NCBI GenBank assembly: GCA_040954595.2
Contig: CM082597.2
Span: forward strand, 5,957,244 to 6,021,243
Origin: Balanoglossus misakiensis
Lineage: Eukaryota > Animalia > Hemichordata
Direction: 5' to 3'
DNA length: 64,000 bases
Positions 22,801 through 37,800 of the stretch are shown here, piece by piece. The stretch's first letter is position 1; each line of letters starts with the position of its first letter. The notes below the pieces were generated by a model. That model was not told where the DNA came from and did no database searches. It was given only the letters and a program-made list of their open reading frames with translations. The position numbers and the translations under genes are program-made.

Positions 22801-25800
22801 TTTTATCAAAAAACCACCAAATTTTGAAATTTCGCGAAGTCGAAAAATTGACACTTCTGGTTGATTTTCAAGAGCTATAACCCATGGTTTTTATCAAAAA
22901 ACCACCAAATTTTGAAATTTCGCGAGGTCGAACATTTGACATTTCTGGATGATTTTCATGAGCTATAACCCATGGTTTTTATCAAAAAACCACCAAATTT
23001 TGAAATTTCGCGAGGTCGAAAAATTCACATTTCTGGATGATTTTCATGAGCTATAACCCATGGTTTTTATCGAAAAACCACCAAATTTTGAAATTTCGCG
23101 AGGTCGAAAAATTGACATTTCTGGATGATTTTCATGAGCTATAACCCATGGTTTTTATCTAAAAACGACCAAAATTTGAAAATTCGCGAAGTCGAAAAAT
23201 TGACACTTCTGGATGATTTTCATGAGCTATAACCCATGGTTTTTATCAAAAAACCACCAAATTTTGAAATTTCGCGAGGTCGAAAAATTGACATTTCTGG
23301 ATGATTTTCATGAGCTATAACCCATGGTTTTTATCGAAAAACCACCAAATTTTGAAATTTCGCGAGGTCGAAAAATTGACATTTCTGGATGATTTTCATG
23401 AGCTATAACCCATGTTTTTATCAAAAAATGACCAAATTTTGAAATTTCGCGAAGTCGAAACATTGACATTTCTGGATGATTTTCATGAGCTATAACCCAT
23501 GGTTTTTAACAAAAAATGACCAAATTTTGAAATTTCGCGAAGTCGAAACATTGACATTTCTGGATGATTTTCATGAGCTATAACCCATAGTTTTTATCAA
23601 AAAATGACCAAATTTTAGAATTTCGCGAAGTCGAAAAATTGACATTTCTGGATGATTTTCATGAGCTATAACCCATGGTTTTTATCAAAAAATGACCAAA
23701 TTTTGAAATTTCGCGAAGTCGAAACATTGACATTTCTGGATGATTTTCATGAGCTATAACCCATGGTTTTTATCTAAAAACGACCAAATTTTGAAATTTC
23801 GCGAGGTCGAAAAATTTACACTTCTGGATGATTTTCATGAGCTATAACCCATGGTTTTTTATCAAGGAATGACAAAATTTTGAAATTTCGCAAGGTCGAA
23901 AAATTGACATTTCCGGATGATTTTCATGACCTATAACCCATGGTTTTTATCGAAAAACCACCAAATTTCTAAATTTCGCGAGGTCGAAAAATTGACATTT
24001 CTGGATGATTTTCATGAGCTATAACCCATGGTTTTTATCTAAAAACGACCAAAATTTGAAAATTCGCGAAGTCGAAAAATTGACACTTCTGGATGATTTT
24101 CATGAGCTATAACCCATGGTTTTTATCAAAAAACCACCAAATTTTGAAATTTCGCGAGGTCGAAAAATTGACATTTCTGGATGATTTTCATGAGCTATAA
24201 CCCTTGGTTTTTATCGAAAAACCACCAAATTTTTAAATTTCGCGAGGTCAAAAAATTGACATTTCTGGATGATTTTCATGAGCTATAACCCATGGTTTTT
24301 ATCGAAAAACCACCAAATTTTGAAATATCGCGAGGTCGAAAAATTGACATTTCTGGATGATTTTCATGAGCTATAACCCATGGTTTTTATCGAAAAACCA
24401 CCAAAATTTGAAAATTATCGAAGTCGAAAAATTGACATTTCTGGATGATTTTCATGAGCTATAACCCATGGTTTTTATCAAAAAACCACCAAATTTTGAA
24501 ATTTCGCGAGGTCGAAAAATTGACATTTCTGGATTGTTTTCATGAGCTATAACCCATGGTTTTTATCGAAAAACCACCAAATTTAGAAATTTCGCGAGGT
24601 CGAAAAATTGACATTTCTGGATGATTTTCATGAGCTATAACCCATGGTTTTTATCGAATAACCACTAAATTTTGAAATTTCGCGATGTCGAAAAATTGAC
24701 ATTTCTGGATGATTTTCATGAGCTATAACCCATGGTTTTTATCGAAAAACCACCAAATTTTGAAATTTCGCGAGGTCGAAAAATTGACATTTCTGGATGA
24801 TTTTCATGAGCTATAACCCATGGTTTTTATCGAAAAACCACCAAATTTTGAAATTTCGCGAGGTCGAAAAATTGACATTTCTGGATGATTTTCATGAGCT
24901 ATAACCCATGGTTTTTATCGAAAAACCACCAAATTTTGAAATTTCGCGAGGTCGAAAAATTGACATTTCTGGATGATTTTCATGAGCTATAACCCATGGT
25001 TTTTATCAAAAAACCACCAAATTTTGAAATTTCGCGAAGTCGAAAAATTGACACTTCTGGATGATTTTCATGAGCTATAACCCATGGTTTTTATCAAAAA
25101 AAAACACCAAATTTTGAAATTTCGCGAGGTCGAAAAATTGACATTTCTGGATGATTTTCATGAGCTATAACCCATGGTTTTTATCGAAAAACCACCAAAT
25201 TTTGAAATTTCGCGAGGTCGAAAAATTGACATTTCTGGATGATTTTCATGAGCTATAACCCATGGTTTTTATCGAAAAACCACCAAATTTTGAAATTTCG
25301 CGAGGTCGAAAAATTGACATTTCTGGATGATTTTCATGAGCTATAACCCATGGTTTTTATCGAAAAACCACCAAATTTTGAAATTTCGCGAGGTCGAAAA
25401 ATTGACATTTCTGGATGATTTTCATGAGCTATAACCCATGGTTTTTATCTAAAAACGACCAAAATTTGAAAATTCGCGAAGTCGAAAAATTGACACTTCT
25501 GGATGATTTTCATGAGCTATAACCCATGGTTTTTATCAAAAAACCACTAAATTTTGAAATTTCGCGAGGTCGAAAAATTGACATTTCTGGATGATTTTCA
25601 TGAGCTATAACCCATGGTTTTTATCGAAAAACCACCAAATTTTGAAATTTCGCGAGGTCGAAAAATTGACATTTCTGGATGATTTTCATGAGCTATAACC
25701 CATGGTTTTTATCGAAAAACCACCAAAATTTGAAAATTCGCGAAGTCGAAAAATTGACACTTCTGGATGATTTTCATGAGCTATAACCCATGGTTTTTAT

Positions 25801-28800
25801 CAAAAAACCACCAAATTTTGCAATTTCGCGAAGTCGAAAAATTGACACTTCTGGATGATTTTCATGAGCTATAACCCATGGTTTTTATCAAAAAACCACC
25901 AAATTTTGAAATTTCGCGAGGTCGAAAAATTGACATTTCTGGATGATTTTCATGAGCTATAACCCATGGTTTTTATCGAAAAACCACCAAATTTTGAAAT
26001 TTCGCGAGGTCGAAAAATTGACATTTCTGGATGATTTTCATGAGCTATAACCCATGGTTTTTATCGAAAAACCACCAAATTTTGAAATTTCGCGAGGTCG
26101 AAAAATTGACATTTCTGGATGATTTTCATGAGCTATAACCCATGGTTTTTATCTAAAAACGACCAAAATTTGAAAATTCGCGAAGTCGAAAAATTGACAC
26201 TTCTGGATGATTTTCATGAGCTATAACCCATGGTTTTTATCAAAAAACCACCAAATTTTGAAATTTCGCGACGTCGAAAAATTGACATTTCTGGATGATT
26301 TTCATGAGCTAAAACCCATGGTTTTTATCGAAAAACCACCAAATTTTGAAATTTCGCGAGGTCGAAAAATTGACATTTCTGGATGATTTTCATGAGCTAT
26401 AACCCATGGTTTTTATCGAAAAACCACCAAATTTTGAAATTTCGCGAGGTCGAAAAATTGACATTTCTGGATGATTTTCATGAGCTATAACCCATGGTTT
26501 TTATCGAAAAACCACCAAAATTTGAAAATTCGCGAAGTCGAAAAATTGACACTTCTGGATGATTTTCATGAGCTATAACCCATGGTTTTTATCAAAAAAC
26601 CACCAAATTTTGAAATTTCGCGAGGTCGAAAAATTGACATTTCTGGATGATTTTCATGAGCTATAACCCATGGTTTTTATCGAAAAACCACCAAATTTTG
26701 AAATTTCGCGAGGTCGAAAAATTGACATTTCTGGATGATTTTCATGAGCTATAACCCATGGTTTTTATCGAAAAACCACCAAATTTTGAAATTTCGCGAG
26801 GTCGAAAAATTGACATTTCTGGATGATTTTCATGAGCTATAACCCATGGTTTTTATCTAAAAACGACCAAAATTTGAAAATTCACGAAGTCGAAAAATTG
26901 ACACTTCTAGATGATTTTCATGAGCTAAAACCCATGGTTTTTATCGAAAAACCACCAAATTTTGAAATTTCGCGAGGTCGAAAAATTGACATTTCTGGAT
27001 GATTTTCATGAGCTATAACCCATGGTTTTTATCGAAAAACCACCAAATTTTGAAATTTCGCGAGGTCGAAAAATTGACATTTCTGGATGATTTTCATGAG
27101 CTATAACCCATGGTTTTTATCGAAAAACCACCAAAATTTGAAAATTCGCGAAGTCGAAAAATTGACACTTCTGGATGATTTTCATGAGCTATAACCCATG
27201 GTTTTTATCAAAAAACCACCAAATTTTGAAATTTCGCGAAGTCGAAAAATTGACACTTCTGGATGATTTTCATGAGCTATAACCCATGGTTTTTATCGAA
27301 AAACCACCAAATTTTGAAATTTCGCGAGGTCGAAAAATTGACATTTCTGGATGATTTTCATGAGCTATAACCCATGGTTTTTATCGAAAAACCACCAAAT
27401 TTTGAAATTTCCCGAGGTCGAAAAATTGACATTTCTGGATGATTTTCATGAGCTATAACCCATGGTTTTTATCGAAAAACCACCAAATTTTGAAATTTCG
27501 CGAGGTCGAAAAATTGACATTTCTGGATGATTTTCATGAGCTATAACCCATGGTTTTTATCGAAAAACCACCAAATTTTGAAATTTCGCGAGGTCGAAAA
27601 ATTGACATTTCTGGATGATTTTCATGAGCTATAACCCATGGTTTTTATCGAAAAACCACCAAATTTTGAAATTTCGCGAGGTCGAAAAATTGACATTTCT
27701 GGATGATTTTCATGAGCTATAACCCATGGTTTTTATCGAAAAACCACCAAATTTTGAAATTTCGCGAGGTCGAAAAATTGACATTTCTGGATGATTTTCA
27801 TGAGCTATAACCCATGGTTTTTATCGAAAAACCACCAAATTTTGAAATTTCGCGAGGTCGAAAAATTGACATTTCTGGATGATTTTCATGAGCTATAACC
27901 CATGGTTTTTATCGAAAAACCACCAAAATTTGAAAATTCGCGAAGTCGAAAAATTGACACTTCTGGATGATTTTCATGAGCTATAACCCATGGTTTTTAT
28001 CAAAAAACCACCAAATTTTGAAATTTCGCGAAGTCGAAAAATTGACACTTCTGGATGATTTTCATGAGCTATAACCCATGGTTTTTATCAAAAAACCACC
28101 AAATTTTGAAATTTCGCGAGGTCGAAAAATTGACATTTCTGGATGATTTTCATGAGCTATAACCCATGGTTTTTATCGAAAAACCACCAAATTTTGAAAT
28201 TTCGCGAGGTCGAAAAATTGACATTTCTGGATGATTTTCATGAGCTATAACCCATGGTTTTTATCGAAAAACCACCAAATTTTGAAATTTCGCGAGGTCA
28301 AAAAATTGACATTTCTGGATGATTTTCATGAGCTATAACCCATGGTTTTTATCGAAAAACCACCAAATTTTGAAATTTCGCGAGGTCGAAAAATTGACAT
28401 TTCTGGATGATTTTCATGAGCTATAACCCATGGTTTTTATCTAAATACGACCAAAATTTGAAAATTCGCGAAGTCGAAAAATTGACACTTCTGGATGATT
28501 TTCATGAGCTATAACCCATGGTTTTTATCAAAAAAACACCAAATTTTGAAATTTCGCGAGGTCGAAAAATTGACATTCCTGGATGATTTTCATGAGCTAT
28601 AACCCATGGTTTTTATCTAAAAACGACCAAAATTTGAAAATTCGCGAAGTCGAAAAATTGACACTTCTGGATGATTTTCATGAGCTATAACCCATGGTTT
28701 TTATCAAAAAACCACCAAATTTTGAAATTTCGCGACGTCGAAAAATTGACATTTCTGGATGATTTTCATGAGCTAAAACCCATGGTTTTTATCGAAAAAC

Positions 28801-31800
28801 CACCAAATTTTGAAATTTCGCGAGGTCGAAAAATTGACATTTCTGGATGATTTTCATGAGCTATAACCCATGGTTTTTATCGAAAAACCACCAAATTTTG
28901 AAATTTCGCGAGGTCGAAAAATTGACATTTCTGGATGATTTTCATGAGCTATAACCCATGGTTTTTATCGAAAAACCACCAAAATTTGAAAATTCGCGAA
29001 GTCGAAAAATTGACACTTCTGGATGATTTTCATGAGCTATAACCCATGGTTTTTATCAAAAAACCACCAAATTTTGAAATTTCGCGAGGTCGAAAAATTG
29101 ACATTTCTGGATGATTTTCATGAGCTATAACCCATGGTTTTTATCGAAAAACCACCAAATTTTGAAATTTCGCGAGGTCGAAAAATTGACATTTCTGGAT
29201 GATTTTCATGAGCTATAACCCATGGTTTTTATCGAAAAACCACCAAATTTTGAAATTTCGCGAGGTCGAAAAATTGACATTTCTGGATGATTTTCATGAG
29301 CTATAACCCATGGTTTTTATCTAAATACGACCAAAATTTGAAAATTCGCGAAGTCGAAAAATTGACACTTCTGGATGATTTTCATGAGCTATAACCCATG
29401 GTTTTTATCAAAAAACCACCAAATTTTGAAATTTCGCGACGTCGAAAAATTGACATTTCTGGATGATTTTCATGAGCTAAAACCCATGGTTTTTATCGAA
29501 AAACCACCAAATTTTGAAATTTCGCGAGGTCGAAAAATTGACATTTCTGGATGATTTTCATGAGCTATAACCCATGGTTTTTATCGAAAAACCACCAAAT
29601 TTTGAAATTTCGCGAGGTCGAAAAATTGACATTTCTGGATGATTTTCATGAGCTATAACCCATGGTTTTTATCTAAAAACGACCAAAATTTGAAAATTCG
29701 CGAAGTCGAAAAATTGACACTTCTGGATGATTTTCATGAGCTATAACCCATGGTTTTTATCAAAAAACCACCAAATTTTGAAATTTCGCGACGTCGAAAA
29801 ATTGACATTTCTGGATGATTTTCATGAGCTAAAACCCATGGTTTTTATCGAAAAACCACCAAATTTTGAAATTTCGCGAGGTCGAAAAATTGACATTTCT
29901 GGATGATTTTCATGAGCTATAACCCATGGTTTTTATCGAAAAACCACCAAATTTTGAAATTTCGCGAGGTCGAAAAATTGACATTTCTGGATGATTTTCA
30001 TGAGCTATAACCCATGGTTTTTATCGAAAAACCACCAAAATTTGAAAATTCGCGAAGTCGAAAAATTGACACTTCTGGATGATTTTCATGAGCTATAACC
30101 CATGGTTTTTATCAAAAAACCACCAAATTTTGAAATTTCGCGAAGTCGAAAAATTGACACTTCTGGATGATTTTCATGAGCTATAACCCATGGTTTTTAT
30201 CAAAAAACCACCAAATTTTGAAATTTCGCGATGTCGAAAAATTGACATTTCTGGATGATTTTCATGAGCTATAACCCATGGTTTTTATCGAAAAACCACC
30301 AAATTTTGAAATTTCGCGAGGTCGAAAAATTGACATTTCTGGATGATTTTCATGAGCTATAACCCATGGTTTTTATCGAAAAACCACCAAATTTTGAAAT
30401 TTCGCGAGGTCAAAAAATTGACATTTCTGGATGATTTTCATGAGCTATAACCCATGGTTTTTATCGAAAAACCACCAAATTTTGAAATTTCGCGAGGTCG
30501 AAAAATTGACATTTCTGGATGATTTTCATGAGCTATAACCCATGGTTTTTATCTAAATACGACCAAAATTTGAAAATTCGCGAAGTCGAAAAATTGACAC
30601 TTCTGGATGATTTTCATGAGCTATAACCCATGGTTTTTATCAAAAAAACACCAAATTTTGAAATTTCGCGAGGTCGAAAAATTGACATTCCTGGATGATT
30701 TTCATGAGCTATAACCCATGGTTTTTATCGAAAAACCTCCAAAATTTGAAATTTCGCGAGGTCGAAAAATTGACATTTCTGGATGATTTTCATGAGCTAT
30801 AACCCATGGTTTTTATCGAAAAACCACCAAATTTTGAAATTTCGCGAGGTCAAAAAATTGACATTTCTGGATGATTTTCATGAGCTATAACCCATGGTTT
30901 TTATCGAAAAACCACCAAATTTTGAAATTTCGCGAGGTCGAAAAATTGACATTTCTGGATGATTTTCATGAGCTATAACCCATGGTTTTTATCGAAAAAC
31001 CACCAAATTTTGAAATTTCGCGAGGTCTAAAAATTGACATTTCTGGATGATTTTCATGAGCTATAACCCATGGTTTTTATCGAAAAACCACCAAATTTTG
31101 AAATTTCGCGAGGTCGAAAAATTGACATTTCTGGATGATTTTCATGAGCTATAACCCATGGTTTTTATCAAAAAACCACCAAATTTTGAAATTTCGCGAG
31201 GTCGAAAAATTGACATTTCTGGTGATTTTCATGAGCTATAACCCATGGTTTTTATCAAAAAACCACCAAATTTTGAAATTTCGCGAGGTCGAAAAATTGA
31301 CATTTCTGGATGATTTTCATGAGCTATAACCCATGGTTTTTATCGAAAAACCACCAAATTTTGAAATTTCGCGAGGTCGAAAAATTGACATTTCTGGATG
31401 ATTTTCATGAGCTATAACCCATGGTTTTTATCTAAAAACGACCAAAATTTGAAAATTCGCGAAGTCGAAAAATTGACACTTCTGGATGATTTTCATGAGC
31501 TATAACCCATGGTTTTTATCAAAAAACCACCAAATTTTGAAATTTCGCGAGGTCGAAAAATTGACATTTCTGGATGATTTTCATGAGCTATAACCCATGG
31601 TTTTTATCGAAAAACCACCAAATTTTGAAATTTCGCGAGGTCGAAAAATTGACATTTCTGGATGATTTTCATGAGCTATAACCCATGGTTTTTATCGAAA
31701 AACCACCAAAATTTGAAAATTCGCGAAGTCGAAAAATTGACACTTCTGGATGATTTTCATGAGCTATAACCCATGGTTTTTATCAAAAAACCACCAAATT

Positions 31801-34800
31801 TTGCAATTTCGCGAAGTCGAAAAATTGACACTTCTGGATGATTTTCATGAGCTATAACCCATGGTTTTTATCAAAAAACCACCAAATTTTGAAATTTCGC
31901 GAGGTCGAAAAATTGACATTTCTGGATGATTTTCATGAGCTATAACCCATGGTTTTTATCGAAAAACCACCAAATTTTGAAATTTCGCGAGGTCGAAAAA
32001 TTGACATTTCTGGATGATTTTCATGAGCTATAACCCATGGTTTTTATCTAAAAACGACCAAAATTTGAAAATTCGCGAAGTCGAAAAATTGACACTTCTG
32101 GATGATTTTCATGAGCTATAACCCATGGTTTTTATCAAAAAACCACCAAATTTTGAAATTTCGCGACGTCGAAAAATTGACATTTCTGGATGATTTTCAT
32201 GAGCTATAACCCATGGTTTTTATCGAAAAACCACCAAATTTTGAAATTTCGCGAGGTCGAAAAATTGACATTTCTGGATGATTTTCATGAGCTATAACCC
32301 ATGGTTTTTATCGAAAAACCACCAAATTTTGAAATTTCGCGAGGTCGAAAAATTGACATTTCTGGATGATTTTCATGAGCTATAACCCATGGTTTTTATC
32401 GAAAAACCACCAAATTTTGAAATTTCGCGAGGTCGAAAAATTGACATTTCTGGATGATTTTCATGAGTTATAACCCATGGTTTTTATCGAAAAACCACCA
32501 AAATTTGAAAATTCGCGAAGTCGAAAAATTGATACTTCTGGATGATTTTCATGAGCTATAACCCATGGTTTTTATCAAAAAACCACCAAATTTTGAAATT
32601 TCGCGAGGTCGAAAAATTGACACTTCTGGATGATTTTCATGAGCTATAACCCATGGTTTTTATCGAAAAACCACCAAATTTTGAAATTTCGCGAGGTCGA
32701 AAAATTGACATTTCTGGATGATTTTCATGAGCTATAACCCATGGTTTTTATCGAAAAACCACTAAATTTTGAAATTTCGCGAGGTCGAAAAATTGACATT
32801 TCTGGATGATTTTCATGAGCTATAACCCATGGTTTTTATCGAAAAACCACCAAATTTTGAAATTTCGCGAGGTCGAAAAATTGACATTTCTGGATGATTT
32901 TCATGAGCTATAACCCATGGTTTTTATCTAAAAACGACCAAAATTTGAAAATTCGCGAAGTCGAAAAATTGACACTTCTGGATGATTTTCATGAGCTATA
33001 ACCCATGGTTTTTATCAAAAAACCACCAAATTTTGAAATTTCGCGAGGTCGAAAAATTGACATTTCTGGATGATTTTCATGAGCTATAACCCATGGTTTT
33101 TATCGAAAAACCACCAAATTTTGAAATTTCGCGAGGTCGAAAAATTGACATTTCTGGATGATTTTCATGAGCTATAACCCATGGTTTTTATCGAAAAACC
33201 ACCAAAATTTGAAAATTCGCGAAGTCGAAAAATTGACACTTCTGGATGATTTTCATGAGCTATAACCCATGGTTTTTATCAAAAAACCACCAAATTTTGC
33301 AATTTCGCGAAGTCGAAAAATTGACACTTCTGGATGATTTTCATGAGCTATAACCCATGGTTTTTATCAAAAAACCACCAAATTTTGAAATTTCGCGAGG
33401 TCGAAAAATTGACATTTCTGGATGATTTTCATGAGCTATAACCCATGGTTTTTATCGAAAAACCACCAAATTTTGAAATTTCGCGAGGTCGAAAAATTGA
33501 CATTTCTGGATGATTTTCATGAGCTATAACCCATGGTTTTTATCTAAAAACGACCAAAATTTGAAAATTCGCGAAGTCGAAAAATTGACACTTCTGGATG
33601 ATTTTCATGAGCTATAACCCATGGTTTTTATCAAAAAACCACCAAATTTTGAAATTTCGCGACGTCGAAAAATTGACATTTCTGGATGATTTTCATGAGC
33701 TATAACCCATGGTTTTTATCGAAAAACCACCAAATTTTGAAATTTCGCGAGGTCGAAAAATTGACATTTCTGGATGATTTTCATGAGCTATAACCCATGG
33801 TTTTTATCGAAAAACCACCAAATTTTGAAATTTCGCGAGGTCGAAAAATTGACATTTCTGGATGATTTTCATGAGCTATAACCCATGGTTTTTATCAAAA
33901 AACCACCAAATTTTAAAATTTCGCGAGGTCGAAAAATTGACATTTCTGGATGATTTTCATGAGCTATAACCCATGGTTTTTATCAAAAAACCACCAAATT
34001 TTGAAATTTCGCGAGGTCGAAAAATTGACATTTCTGGATGATTTTCATGAGCTATAACCCATGGTTTTTATCAAAAAACCACCAAATTTTGAAATTTCGC
34101 GAGGTCGAAAAATTGACATTTCTGGATGATTTCCATGAGCTATAACCCATGGTTTTTATCAAAAAACCACCAAATTTTAAAATTTCGCGAGGTCGAAAAA
34201 TTGACATTTCTGGATGATTTTCATGAGCTATAACCCACGGTTTTTATCAAAAAACCACCAAATTTTGAAATTTCGCGAGGTCGAAAAATTGACATTTCTG
34301 GATGATTTTCATGAGCTATAACCCACGGTTTTTATCAAAAAACCACCAAATTTTGAAATTTCGCGAGGTCGAAAAATTGACATTTCTGGATGATTTTCAT
34401 GAGCTATAACCCATGGTTTTTATCAAAAAACCACCAAATTTTGAAATTTCGCGAGGTCGAAAAATTGACATTTCTGGATGATTTTCATGAGCTATAACCC
34501 ATGGTTTTTATCGAAAAACCACCAAATTTTGAAATTTCGCGAGGTCGAAAAATTCACATTTCTGGATGATTTTCATGAGCTATAACCCATGGTTTTTATC
34601 GAAAAACCACTAAATTTTGAAATTTCGCGAGGTCGAAAAATTGACATTTCTGGATGATTTTCATGAGCTATAACCCATGGTTTTTATCGAAAAACCACAA
34701 AATTTTGAAATTTCGAGAGGTCGAAAAATTGACATTTCTGGATGATTTTCATGATCTATAACCCATGGTTTTTATCAAAAAACCACCAAATTTTGACATT

Positions 34801-37800
34801 TCGCGAGGTCGAAAAATTGACATTTCTGGATGATTTTCATGAGCTATAACCCATGGTTTTTATCGAAAAACCACCAAATTTTGAAATTTCGCGAGGTCGA
34901 AAAATTGACATTTCTGGATGATTTCCATGAGCTATAACCCATGGTTTTTATCAAAAAACCACCAAATTTTAAAATTTCGCGAGGTCGAAAAATTGACATT
35001 TCTGGATGATTTTCATGAGCTATAACCCATGGTTTTTATCGAAAAACCACCAAATTTTGAAATTTCGCGAGGTCGAAAAATTGACATTTCTGGATGATTT
35101 TCATGAGCTATAACCCATGGTTTTTATCGAAAAACCACCAAAATTTGAAAATTATTGAAGTCGAAAAATTGACACTTCTGGATGATTTTCATGAGCTATA
35201 ACCCATGGTTTTTATCGAAAAACCACCAAATTTTGAAATTTCGCGAGGTCGAAAAATTGACATTTCTGGATGATTTTCATGAGCTATAACCCATGGTTTT
35301 TATCGAAAAACCACCAAATTTTGAAATTTCGCGAGGTCGAAAAATTGACATTTCTGGATGATTTTCATGAGCTATAACCCATGGTTTTTATCGAAAAACC
35401 ACCAAATTTTGAAATTTCGCGAGGTCGAAAAATTGACATTTCTGGATGATTTTCATGAGCTATAACCCATGGTTTTTATCGAAAAACCACCAAATTTTGA
35501 AATTTCGCGAGGTCGAAAAATTGACATTTCTGGATGATTTTCATGAGCTATAACCCATGGTTTTTATCAAAAAACCACCAAATTTTGACATTTCTCGAGG
35601 TCGAAAAATTGACATTTCTGGATGATTTTCATGAGCTACAACCCATGGTTTTTATCAAAAAACCACCAAATTTTGAAATTTTGCGAAGACCAAAAAATTG
35701 ACACTTCTGGATGATTTTCATGAGCTATAACCCATGGTTTTTATCAAAAAACCACCAAATTTTGAAATTTCGCGAGGTCGAAAAATTGACATTCCTGGAT
35801 GATTTTCATGAGCTATAACCCATGGTTTTTATCAAAAAACCACCAAATTTTGAAATTTCGCGAGGTCGAAAAATTGACATTTCTGGATGATTTCCATGAG
35901 CTATAACCCATGGTTTTTATCAAAAAACCACCAAATTTTAAAATTTCGCGAGGTCGAAAAATTGACATTTCTGGATGATTTTCATGAGCTATAACCCATG
36001 GTTTTTATCGATTATCACATACATAGCTCCGCATATACCACAGTATGACGTCAGACGTAGGTAAATTTGCACCAAGCGTTATTGTAATACCCATCCCTCT
36101 GACGTCACCAAACGGAACTATTTTAAACTTGTAAACAAAGTCCCCTTAGGGCGACAAAATTCAGTGCAATTGTTGGTTTTATTTCGATATTAAAAAATAA
36201 GCAAAGATAAATAAAATGTTTCATATGTGTAAATATGGACGATCGACGATTAGTTTTACCTGTGTACATTTTTATCGCACCAACCGGCACCAAAACTGTC
36301 GCGAGGTCGTCAGTGCTGAGCCAATGTCGTCGCGTTGTCGAACGAGCGACAGGTACAAAACTGAGTATTCGCAAAAATTTTGATGCGACGATTAGAGCAA
36401 AACGGTCTAGTCATGAAGCAAAAGGCATAAGAAAGGTTTCCTGCTCCAGTGAAACCTTGACGGACGATGAAATCCTGCTGACGCACGACAGACGGGTCCT
36501 CGCCAAAACCAGAATCGTCCAGGTCGTGACCTGAGTCACCTGACAGATACACCGCATAACATCGATCTTCAATTTTGCACAAAATAGTTCCAAATTTTAT
36601 CGCAACCACAAAGAGATTTATTTGAAAATCAAAATTAGCGGATCTATGTATGTGATAAACATATAATTCCCCCGTATTCCTCACTCGTGTACTGCGTCGC
36701 GAACTCGTGATTCCCCGTATAGCTGTATCCCTCCTCGCCTGCGGCTCGGAGGGATACGGCCGCTATACGGGGAATCACTCGTCCGCGACGCAGGCACACT
36801 CGTTCGAAATACGGGGGAATTATATATAAAAAACCACCAAATTTTGAAATTTCGCGAGGTCGAAAAATTGACATTTCTGGATGATTTTCATGAGCTATAA
36901 CCCATGGTTTTTATCGAAAAACCACCAAAATTTGAAAATTATTGAAGTCGAAAAATTGACACTTCTGGATGATTTTCATGAGCTATAACCCATGGTTTTT
37001 ATCGAAAAACCACCAAATTTTGAAATTTCGCGTGGTCGAAAAATTGACATTTCTGGATGATTTTCATGAGCTATAACCCATGGTTTTTATTGAAAAACCA
37101 CCAAATTTTGAAATTTCGCGAGGTCGAAAAATTGACATTTCTGGATTATTTTCATGAGCTATAACCCATGGTTTTTATCGAAAAACCACCAAATTTTGAA
37201 ATTTCGCGAGGTCGAAAAATTGACATTTCTGGATGATTTTCATGAGCTATAACCCATGGTTTTTATCGAAAAACCACCAAATTTTGAAATTTCGCGAGGT
37301 CGAAAAATTGACATTTCTGGATGATTTTCATGAGCTATAACCCATGGTTTTTATCAAAAAACCACCAAATTTTGACATTTCTCGAGGTCGAAAAATTGAC
37401 ATTTCTGGATGATTTTCATGAGCTACAACCCATGGTTTTTATCAAAAAACCACCAAATTTTGAAATTTTGCGAAGACCAAAAAATTGACACTTCTGGATG
37501 ATTTTCATGAGCTATAACCCATGGTTTTTATCAAAAAACCACCAAATTTTGAAATTTCGCGAGGTCGAAAAATTGACATTCCTGGATGATTTTCATGAGC
37601 TATAACCCATGGTTTTTATCGAAAAACCACCAAATTTTGAAATTTCGCGAGGTCGAAAAAGGTCGAAAAATTGACATTTCTGGATGATTTTCATGAGCTA
37701 TAACCCATGGTTTTTATCGAAAAACCACCAAAATTTGAAAATTATCGAAGTCGAAAAATTGACACTTCTGGATGATTTTCATGAGCTATAACCCATGGTT

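Noticed and set aside
36123-36874. ORFs inside the satellite insertion as a transposase or recombinase
   Set aside because: Short, overlapping on both strands, with no recognisable catalytic motifs.
37651-37670. ggtcgaaaaa 10-bp doublet
   Set aside because: A simple local slippage or partial-monomer deletion; no further significance evident.
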